Source: Promethearchaeota archaeon
GTDB lineage: Archaea; Asgardarchaeota; Lokiarchaeia; Sigyniarchaeales; SOKP01
DNA: 64,000 nt
Assembly (NCBI GenBank): GCA_048939995.1
Contig: JBHLOY010000004.1
Span: forward strand, 128,001-192,000
Direction of reading: 5' to 3'
Shown: positions 9,698 through 18,363 of the stretch, piece by piece
How positions within the stretch are numbered: the stretch's first letter is position 1
Layout: each line of letters opens with the position of its first letter
The notes under the pieces: generated by a model
Told to the model about the DNA's origin: nothing
Databases searched by the model: none
What the model saw: only the letters and a program-made list of their open reading frames with translations
Position numbers and translations under genes: made by a program

Positions 9698-12600
9698 TTA
9701 ATCCAAAATACTAAATTTTCTTTTTTTTCGATCAAATTTTCTTAATAAAATCCCTTCTTTTGCCAATATATCTTTTACTTCCTCACTTTTTCTCCTTACT
9801 AATCTGATACCCTCACAATTTTTATTTTTACAGTAATAACTTTCAGAAGGTTCATCTTTAAAATACCATTTATTACAATTGATGCAGTTATATGCAACAT
9901 ATAACTGATCATGCTCACAAATGGGACAAATATAATCAAATTTGCTTGATTCGAACCATGACTTACAATATTTGCAATGTAGAGTTAATGGTATCTTAAT
10001 TTCCTTCTGTAGATCAATTTGCTTTATCTTTAAAGCTTGTTCAACTTCCTTTTGATCAACTTTTATTTTTTGTATTGCTCTAATTTTCTTCTTTCTGATC
10101 CTAACTTCTCTTTTAACTATTCTATAGGATATAAAACTAAGAATCACTATAATCACAATAATTAATGCCCATGGACCCCATGTCCTCCAATTGAAGAATC
10201 CATTTTGTATTAAAACACTTATAGATGCTTCACCTCTATTGCCTTCCTCATCAAAAGCTATGACTGTTATTTGATGGACTCCATCTGAGGAATAAGTAGT
10301 ATCCCAATTAAATCCTAAAATCCCTGTATTTCTATCAAAGCTATATAATTGTCTTTCTATTAAAATTCCGTCGATATAGATATAAATCTTTGAGTTATCT
10401 ACATTTTCATTATCAGTTATACTTGCTATTAAATAATATATTGAACTGATTATTTCTTGATCTAATGGTTTAATCAATTGGATCTCTGGGTTTATAAAAT
10501 CCGTGTTTTCATCATAACCTATATATATCTCTGAAAGTAACCATCCATAGCCTAAACCTATAGTATTATCGTTAGAATTCAAACTAAACATTACCATAAT
10601 AACTTCATTGGCATATTCTGAAATATCTAATGACTCATTCCCGGATAAAGTCTCACTATCATAAAAATACTTTTTTAACACTATCCAACTTTCTCCATAA
10701 TCTCTTGAGATAGAAACAATACAGCTATCCAAGTTTTCTCGAGAAACTCCATATTCATTTTGTAGAACAATTTCAAAATTATACTGTAAATAACTATCAT
10801 ATTCACTTCTCAAATATAGTGGATGTGTTATTAATTTTGCATTCCAATTGGGGTTATAACCTTGAGATGCACTTCCAAAGCTTTCCCCAATCCCCCCATA
10901 GAGATAAAACTGACCAAGACGCTGAATAGGGTGCCATGTATTATCTCCCCTAAACCATGCAGTATTTTCTTTAGGATCTGGTTTTCCTGTAACATAGAAA
11001 TCAGTTAATGATGCATTTGAAAACTTATACCCAATTAATTTTCCATTATAAAGTACATTAAATTGGTTCGGGAGGGGATTAATAAAATTAAAAAGTGTAT
11101 TATTCACATTGTACCATTGAGTAGTATTGATATATAGCCCATCAGATACATGAAATCTAAATGAACGGTTATCTATTTTTCCTAATAATAATGATCTGGT
11201 AAATCTGATGCTATGATTTGAATTCCATGCCCCAATTAGGTTAATCATGGAATAATTGGTTCCATCGAGTTCGATATAGACAAATTCGGGATAGTTATTG
11301 TCTCTATCTCTATAATTGCAGGAAATGCTAAAAGTTTCAAATTTAGACCCACTAGTTGCAGAGATATCCTCGTTAATATCGAATTTGATTCGGGGAGTGA
11401 ATGAATTTGAGTAGTTAGTTAGTTCAAAGTAATCTAAAATAAACCCTTTATAATTTACAGGATCAAAATTGTCATCTAATAATGATATAAATCTAAATTG
11501 GACAAAAAAACCTGCATAATCGGTTAAATTAAAACTTTCAATATGCCATTCTGTCTCTTCATTAGTAAAAACTCGTAAAGTTATCCAATTAGTCCAATTT
11601 AAGCTAATTTGTAATATGATAAAATCACCCGAATTAATACTAGTCCTAAAACCAAATCTAGCGAATGGAAGTGTTGTTTGATTATCTATTTGGGTAAGAT
11701 CAAATAGAGGACTGAATAATGTTCCATTTGGATAAGGATTAGTTAGTAAATCTGGTTGATAAGAATAATTTGAAGGATACGTATGGAATGCCCCAAAATA
11801 CATTGAGCTCCAGTTGTTCGTGTAAACTCCTGATCGATTGTCAAAATAATTCTTCTGACGTAGCAATCCCCACCCTGTCCCATTATAAATCCAGTTGCCC
11901 AAACCATTGTTAAAACTATGATTGTAAGGAAATTTTTCGCTATCATAGGGATATTCTATTGAAATCGATAATTCACCAACTTCTGGGTATCTTACTATAT
12001 GAGAACCATCACTAGCAATAAAAAAGTAGTGATAAGTAATAGCTTTTCTTAATTCAATATAATCACTAGCAAATAAAGCTCCATTGGTATAATTCATATC
12101 CATTTCATTTAGTTGAGATAATGTAAAATTCTTTGATAATTCTATGATGCTTACATATACTTCTTGAGGAGGTACATTGGAAGAATCATTATCATAGTAA
12201 TCAATATAGAACCTATAGCGATCTATTGAATAGTTTTTTGGATGATAGCTTCCTAAAAATTCTTGAAATCCCATGACAGTTGTATTCTTAACCCCTCCAT
12301 AATAGGAGATCTCTGGAATTTTCAATTTGGGAGAATAATAATTATTAACCTCAGAAATTTTTAAGGTAAAATTCCCATACCCGTAGGAGGCTTTTACAAT
12401 AATAATACATTCTGTTTGATTTTTTTTGGGGGTGAAATAAAGCGAATTCGAGTTTTGGTACCACTTTCTTGAAGTTTCTAGAATTAGTGGTTCTCCAGTG
12501 TTTTTAGATTGATTTGAAAATAAGAATAAATCAAAATTAGCAGTCTCATCTATTTCAGTTAAATTGAAGAGATATTGCTTATTTGGTATTAAGCTCACTC

Positions 12601-14431
12601 TCCGGGCAAATGCATGCTTTCCAAACGGTTTTTCAGAAGAACTATACAGATATTCATCTATAGAATTATTCACTTTCAAAAATTTTGTAAGGGCATCAAT
12701 TGCCGCCTGAATATTGACTCTTCCATAACCCTCGTGCTCATCCTTTAAACTACTTAATATTCCTGAAAAACTTGTGGGGGAGTATTGACTCTCATTAATG
12801 GAGGTTTTAGGATCATCTTCTCTTTGAAGATTCGTTTCAGAAGCAGTCATCAAAAGAATAGATTTAATAATTTTTACCCTTTCTTGAACATTTTGATTTT
12901 CCCATTCAATCCAATCACCCCATATAGCCTCAATTAAAATATTAGTTGCCGCTGATACAATAGCCGTAGAAATTGATGTTCCAGTAGCTGAGGTGGTTTT
13001 GTTCGATTTAGAGTCTGCACCTATAATTGTTCTATGATTTCGTAATTTACTACCTCCTGGTGCTACAATATCTAATTCTTTCCCCGCTCCACTGTAGGAA
13101 CTAACTTGATCTCTATCATTTATTGCTCCTACTATAATTGCATTATTTTTGAGAGCTAATTTATTTAATGTTGATTGTGTACCTTTTATGCCTAGATTTC
13201 CCGCAGCGATTGTAACAACAATTCCATTATCAATTACGTCATCAATAACCTTGTTAATTGCTCCAAAATCATTCCCTGTAATTCCTATACTTATACATGT
13301 ACTAACAATATGATATTTTGTTCTATTTTCAATTAAGCTCCCTAATGCAGAAATTAAATCAGAAGTATAACCCATTCCTGTTCGATTTACTACTTTATAA
13401 GATAAGACCTTTGTGCTATTGGCAATACCAGAAAAATGATTATTGTATTTTACATAAAACTCGGGGAAGATTAAAACATTTGAATTAAATAAGAATGCCG
13501 GAAATTTGTTAGTCTGACGATGATACTTTATATATACATCATAAACACCTAGACCACTTCCAGAAACTTGGTGGTTAATTACGTTTTGCTGATTTGGAAG
13601 TATATTTTGTGAGGTATTTACTAAATCATTATTGCAATATAACTCAAACCAAAACTTATCAATCCCTGGTTCTATCAAATTCCATGTTGAATTCAAAATT
13701 ATTTTCGAATTAATCTTTGAAGTGTTAAATGAACATACTTTTAGTGTAAAATTTCTTGGGCTTGGATCATAACCAAATAAATCTGAATGTGTGTAATTTC
13801 CATGCAAGCCTATGACTGATGGCGTATTTGAATTATATGAATCTGTCCCTGTCCCAGCAATTATAGATGAGATTAGTGTTCCATGACCAAATTCATCTGT
13901 TAATGGACTTTCATCAACAAAACTTTGTCCTCCTATTAATTTATTCCTCAAAAAAATTTGGTCGGCATTTACACCACTATCTAAGATAGCAATTGACGAA
14001 TCTGTGTTCCCATTATATCCATTTATATACCAACTTGAATTTTTTGCCCCTGATTGAAAGCTAGCATAGTTCATTTGAGTCTCAATGATCTCATCTACTT
14101 CAATATTCATTTCTGGAAATTCATTTCTAAAAAAAGTTAAGTTTGAAAGAGGAATTATACCAGCAAACCCTGAAATTCTGCTGAATAAATTATTCCAATC
14201 ATCTTTTAGTATTCCTCCATAATATTGGAATCTTACTTTTGCATTTTGATCATAAGATGATTGATTATGGAAAACAATAACATTTTCTTTACTTTTATCT
14301 GAAGCATGAGGCTGTTTTAAAGTGAGATCAGCATTAGGATGAGAAAAAGGGATGATATTGAATTGTAGAAATAACATACCAATATTAGAAATAATAAATA
14401 ATGCTAGCAAACACATGCATTTTATTTTCAA
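9698..14431 (-). CDS. Membrane-anchored S8 (subtilisin-like) serine peptidase with accessory extracellular domains and a cytoplasmic Zn-finger tail
   Basis: Signal peptide and prodomain; AILDSG (Asp), FGHGT (His), AAGN (oxyanion), GTSIS (Ser); GYGRVN; Ig-like domain; TM WGPWALIIVIIVILSFI; CKYC/CPIC/CINC/CKNKNC. Confidence 0.85.
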   Translation of the reverse strand: MKIKCMCLLALFIISNIGMLFLQFNIIPFSHPNADLTLKQPHASDKSKENVIVFHNQSSYDQNAKVRFQYYGGILKDDWNNLFSRISGFAGIIPLSNLTFFRNEFPEMNIEVDEIIETQMNYASFQSGAKNSSWYINGYNGNTDSSIAILDSGVNADQIFLRNKLIGGQSFVDESPLTDEFGHGTLISSIIAGTGTDSYNSNTPSVIGLHGNYTHSDLFGYDPSPRNFTLKVCSFNTSKINSKIILNSTWNLIEPGIDKFWFELYCNNDLVNTSQNILPNQQNVINHQVSGSGLGVYDVYIKYHRQTNKFPAFLFNSNVLIFPEFYVKYNNHFSGIANSTKVLSYKVVNRTGMGYTSDLISALGSLIENRTKYHIVSTCISIGITGNDFGAINKVIDDVIDNGIVVTIAAGNLGIKGTQSTLNKLALKNNAIIVGAINDRDQVSSYSGAGKELDIVAPGGSKLRNHRTIIGADSKSNKTTSATGTSISTAIVSAATNILIEAIWGDWIEWENQNVQERVKIIKSILLMTASETNLQREDDPKTSINESQYSPTSFSGILSSLKDEHEGYGRVNIQAAIDALTKFLKVNNSIDEYLYSSSEKPFGKHAFARRVSLIPNKQYLFNLTEIDETANFDLFLFSNQSKNTGEPLILETSRKWYQNSNSLYFTPKKNQTECIIIVKASYGYGNFTLKISEVNNYYSPKLKIPEISYYGGVKNTTVMGFQEFLGSYHPKNYSIDRYRFYIDYYDNDSSNVPPQEVYVSIIELSKNFTLSQLNEMDMNYTNGALFASDYIELRKAITYHYFFIASDGSHIVRYPEVGELSISIEYPYDSEKFPYNHSFNNGLGNWIYNGTGWGLLRQKNYFDNRSGVYTNNWSSMYFGAFHTYPSNYSYQPDLLTNPYPNGTLFSPLFDLTQIDNQTTLPFARFGFRTSINSGDFIILQISLNWTNWITLRVFTNEETEWHIESFNLTDYAGFFVQFRFISLLDDNFDPVNYKGFILDYFELTNYSNSFTPRIKFDINEDISATSGSKFETFSISCNYRDRDNNYPEFVYIELDGTNYSMINLIGAWNSNHSIRFTRSLLLGKIDNRSFRFHVSDGLYINTTQWYNVNNTLFNFINPLPNQFNVLYNGKLIGYKFSNASLTDFYVTGKPDPKENTAWFRGDNTWHPIQRLGQFYLYGGIGESFGSASQGYNPNWNAKLITHPLYLRSEYDSYLQYNFEIVLQNEYGVSRENLDSCIVSISRDYGESWIVLKKYFYDSETLSGNESLDISEYANEVIMVMFSLNSNDNTIGLGYGWLLSEIYIGYDENTDFINPEIQLIKPLDQEIISSIYYLIASITDNENVDNSKIYIYIDGILIERQLYSFDRNTGILGFNWDTTYSSDGVHQITVIAFDEEGNRGEASISVLIQNGFFNWRTWGPWALIIVIIVILSFISYRIVKREVRIRKKKIRAIQKIKVDQKEVEQALKIKQIDLQKEIKIPLTLHCKYCKSWFESSKFDYICPICEHDQLYVAYNCINCNKWYFKDEPSESYYCKNKNCEGIRLVRRKSEEVKDILAKEGILLRKFDRKKRKFSILD

Positions 14432-14433
14432 TT

Positions 14434-17400
14434 TCAGTTTTCTATCTCTCCTTTTTGTATTTTAGATATCTTATCTAATTCCTCTTTTAATGAACTCTTT
14501 ATTTTTAGAATTGAATCCCTTGGACCAGTCCTGAAAAGTGAGGCCTCAAGTCTTTGGATTTCAAACTTTTTCGACTTTTGAGAATAATTATGCCTTAAGA
14601 AAATAATTAAGACACTTAATGAAGTTAAAAAAGGGATTAATATAAAATAAAATTGAGTCATTATGGGAATGATCATTTTTACTTCAATAATGTTTGAAAT
14701 ATCTATTTTTTTTCTTAAAAAGAAGTATTCAATTCTCGCTGCTTTTAAAGTAATAATAGATTGCGACTTAGCTCTTATTTTATATATCATTAAAACAGTT
14801 TCATTTGGAGCAATGCAACTAATCCTAGTAATCAAGCTTCCCTCAACAAGTTCGAAATATATTTGGTTAAAACTGACAATATCACTTAATGTGATGTTTT
14901 TGATACAAATATTACCAATGTTTCTAACTGTTATTTCTACACTAATTACATCTCCAACTTCAATCTGGTTTTTACTTACAGATTTATGAATAAATAATGA
15001 AATATTTCCGAGTACAATTGATTCGGAGACAGCAATTTGAAAAACCCTGCTATCCTTATTATCGATGAAATTGATAGAAGGGTAATAATAACCCTTCCAA
15101 TCCCTTTTTTTTAATAGAAAATCGAATTTTTTTGAACTATTAAAATTTAAATCCTTTATAGAATAATTATTAGAAGGATTCCTATAAATCAAATCTCCAA
15201 ATTGATCACTCAAAGTTATATTTATTTGGGATATAGGAAATTCTACAATCCCTGTATTTTTCATAATAATAGATAGATTAAATAGATCGCCAATTAAAGG
15301 GCTAAAATTTGAAGAGTTATAAGAAATCCCAAATGAATGAACAAATGGAATGTAATTAATATAATCGATAAAAGCAAATATATTAACTTCATTTGGTATG
15401 GAACTTAATTTACTGGTATTGGTATTATAGATTAAGCTTGGATTCCTATAAGTAACTCTTGCGTTAAATATAGACTCAGAATTTGGTACATAAAAGCTAA
15501 AATTAACTTCTTTGCCTTCTAAAGGAGCAAGTTCAGGTAAAAAATAGGTTAAATGATTCTGATCAATAGAAAAATCATTGGCATCCTTAACGATACCGGG
15601 GATCAAAATTGAAATATTAATATCATAAGCAATCTTGGTACCAATATTTTGAAAATACAAGTTATAAGTATTTATCTCACCTGCCTTAGCACTATAATTA
15701 CCTAGATAAGCAAAGGATATAATAGAACTCATATTATTAGTGCTAAGTGAAACTGAATTAGACCTATGGACATATTGTACGTTTCCAGTCTGAGAAGAAT
15801 AAATTACTCTAGCACTTGAACTAGTGTATTCATTTACATTTCGATAGGAGAAAAATATATCAAAGTCATTAATAGAAATATTAAAAGAGTTTGAATCCTC
15901 TCCGCTTATACGTATGATAACTGTGTAATTATTTTGTTCATATGGATCGAACAACCAATTTAAATTCCTATTTACATTTGTATAGAAATAAGTAGAAGTC
16001 TCATTTTCTCTTGAGTCTAAATTGGGATTCATATCTATATATTCTTCTAAGGAATAATCAAAGATTTCAAATGAAATAAGATCGAAAGGATCAGTATAAT
16101 TAATAGTAATAGAAACGCTATCTATAGACTTATTAATAAGGTTTATATTAGTTTGATTTTGAAAAATAAAAACAAGTTCTAATTCATACTGATTTGCATA
16201 CTGTTCCTCTGATTCGATTATCCAACTATCTTTATCATTAGATAATGCCATGTAGGGATTTGTACCTCCAATAGAATTACCAGAGATCATAACAGGTAAT
16301 ACCGGGGTCTCTTTAATAGTAAAGTTGAATCTATAAAATTCAGAATAAGAGTCAAATGCATTTATAGAAAGGTTTGAGTAGATATAGGAAATCTTCTGAT
16401 TTGGATTCAATTTCCAATTTTGTTTGTTCCAGATGCTATTTTCATTGGTAAATAACTCTTTAACTTCATTTGGATCCAGAATTGTTAAATAAATGGGATA
16501 TGCATCAAACAAAATATCTAAAACATTATCTGCATCACTATTATATGGCCAGAGATTTGAGATATTATTGATATTGGGATAGTAAGTATCAATTATACCT
16601 ACTCCTAGCGAATCAAAATAAAAAATACGGGGGTCCTCATCAAAATTAAAAAAATCTTCTAAAGAATTATATTCATTAGGATATTCAATTCTCACAATTT
16701 CCCACAAATCATCTAGAAGTGCATCACTGAACGGACCAGCAAGAATTGAAAAGATATCTTCAAGACTTAAAGGAAAAGGTGTTTTTACTCCCCAAACAGA
16801 CTGATTACCTACATTATGAGCAGTTATATTAAATAAGAAATCTTGAAAAACTCCAAATGAAGCATTACTATTTACTAATTGTTTTTTTATAATTAAATTT
16901 GAATCAGAAGTATTTGTAAGATATGTAATTCTAAAATCTTGGATGGGGTCAAAAATACCAGTTGGAATACCTGATAGTCCTTGAAATCCTAGAAGAGGTA
17001 AAAAGTTAATGAAGTCGGTATCATCATTCAAATTTACTGGTTTGATATAACTCCGTTTAATCCCCCCTTGATCTACCCAGAATAAATTGAAGGTATAATC
17101 TCTTACGATATCCATGTCAAACTCCACATCTGCATAAAATAGTATTAGTTCAATTTGTTCTAGAAGAAATTCATATAAATTGAAGTATCTCGGCGTCATA
17201 TCTATAATCTCAGTGCAGAGTATGTTTATGTCAATTGCACTCATAAAAGCACCTGTTAATACAATAAAAATCTTTTCGCTTGGTCTCAGAGATTCCCCAG
17301 AATAATTTAATGCATCCCATAAATTAAACTCATATCGGTTTTTGCCGACCCTCTTAATAGCTCCTTCCATGCCCTCATATTGTATCATTAGACTGGTATA

Positions 17401-18345
17401 ATGGGACTTATTAGATAATGATAATATATCAAAAAACGCACTAAATTCTTCAAAGTCCTCTTGGGATATGGTTTGATTATTATCTATAAATTGCGAAATA
17501 TTACCATAAACACTTTCAAAGTCCACAATTATTTCTGTCAATTGTTCAAAAAGGTTTTCAATTTCTAAGGAATAAACGAAAGATAAATCTAGCGAATCGA
17601 AATTAAAATTTACTTGCTTAATTGACTCTAAAATGTCTTTTTCGAAGAAATCAAATGAGTAAAGGGTAAAAATAGTAGAAGAAATATGATTATTTAGGAG
17701 ATATTCTTTAGATGTTAATCGGTCTAAATCTAATGCACTCCAATAACCATCCATCGGTAGATTTTTAGTTACTTCTTGAAAAAATAACTCCCAATCTGGA
17801 TAATATCCAATAAAAGGGAAGAAATTTGATTCTGTAACATTGATCATGATTAAGTCAATCGAAAATTTTCTTTTAATAATCTCAAGAGCTCTCTTAGCTC
17901 GGACTTTTGCATCTTCTTCTATAACTTCTTTGTCGTAGTAAAGAAATCCAGAAAAGCCATTGAAACTAATAGAATATTGATTAGTAAAATTATTCTCATT
18001 TAATATTCTCGGAAATATCTTTGGAGTTATTCCATTTGATGCACTTATCAGAAAGTTACATTTATAAAATGCTGGGTCTCGGATGTCGAGATTCGGTAAT
18101 ATATTTGTATCATTTGTAAAAAGAGATTGCTTTATAACAGATTGATTACCTGCGACAAAAGTATCTATCTTTTCAGCATAAAGATCAGTTCCAGCAACAT
18201 CAGAGCTCTTTAGTTTTGTTTCTTCTTGTATATCTCCTGAGACTTGGTTATAGTTAATACTTATGAAATTTAAGATCGAAATTGGAAAAATAAATAAAAA
18301 TGAAATTATAATTACAACCAACTTTCGATTAATATATTTCCACAT
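14434..18345 (-). CDS. Large surface glycoprotein with C-terminal DUF11/BatD/S-layer-like Ig repeats and a C-terminal TM anchor
   Basis: N-terminal hydrophobic signal; many NxS/T sequons; Ig-like repeats (FQNIGTKIAYDINI, MKNTG, KSVSKNQIEVGDVISVEITVRNIG); C-terminal TM followed by a basic tail. Confidence 0.7.
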   Translation of the reverse strand: MWKYINRKLVVIIISFLFIFPISILNFISINYNQVSGDIQEETKLKSSDVAGTDLYAEKIDTFVAGNQSVIKQSLFTNDTNILPNLDIRDPAFYKCNFLISASNGITPKIFPRILNENNFTNQYSISFNGFSGFLYYDKEVIEEDAKVRAKRALEIIKRKFSIDLIMINVTESNFFPFIGYYPDWELFFQEVTKNLPMDGYWSALDLDRLTSKEYLLNNHISSTIFTLYSFDFFEKDILESIKQVNFNFDSLDLSFVYSLEIENLFEQLTEIIVDFESVYGNISQFIDNNQTISQEDFEEFSAFFDILSLSNKSHYTSLMIQYEGMEGAIKRVGKNRYEFNLWDALNYSGESLRPSEKIFIVLTGAFMSAIDINILCTEIIDMTPRYFNLYEFLLEQIELILFYADVEFDMDIVRDYTFNLFWVDQGGIKRSYIKPVNLNDDTDFINFLPLLGFQGLSGIPTGIFDPIQDFRITYLTNTSDSNLIIKKQLVNSNASFGVFQDFLFNITAHNVGNQSVWGVKTPFPLSLEDIFSILAGPFSDALLDDLWEIVRIEYPNEYNSLEDFFNFDEDPRIFYFDSLGVGIIDTYYPNINNISNLWPYNSDADNVLDILFDAYPIYLTILDPNEVKELFTNENSIWNKQNWKLNPNQKISYIYSNLSINAFDSYSEFYRFNFTIKETPVLPVMISGNSIGGTNPYMALSNDKDSWIIESEEQYANQYELELVFIFQNQTNINLINKSIDSVSITINYTDPFDLISFEIFDYSLEEYIDMNPNLDSRENETSTYFYTNVNRNLNWLFDPYEQNNYTVIIRISGEDSNSFNISINDFDIFFSYRNVNEYTSSSARVIYSSQTGNVQYVHRSNSVSLSTNNMSSIISFAYLGNYSAKAGEINTYNLYFQNIGTKIAYDINISILIPGIVKDANDFSIDQNHLTYFLPELAPLEGKEVNFSFYVPNSESIFNARVTYRNPSLIYNTNTSKLSSIPNEVNIFAFIDYINYIPFVHSFGISYNSSNFSPLIGDLFNLSIIMKNTGIVEFPISQINITLSDQFGDLIYRNPSNNYSIKDLNFNSSKKFDFLLKKRDWKGYYYPSINFIDNKDSRVFQIAVSESIVLGNISLFIHKSVSKNQIEVGDVISVEITVRNIGNICIKNITLSDIVSFNQIYFELVEGSLITRISCIAPNETVLMIYKIRAKSQSIITLKAARIEYFFLRKKIDISNIIEVKMIIPIMTQFYFILIPFLTSLSVLIIFLRHNYSQKSKKFEIQRLEASLFRTGPRDSILKIKSSLKEELDKISKIQKGEIEN

Positions 18346-18363
18346 CTATTATTATGATACCTC

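Noticed and set aside
9698-14431. S8 protein as a catalytically dead pseudoprotease
   Set aside because: Asp, His, oxyanion Asn and Ser are all present; only the residues flanking the Ser deviate
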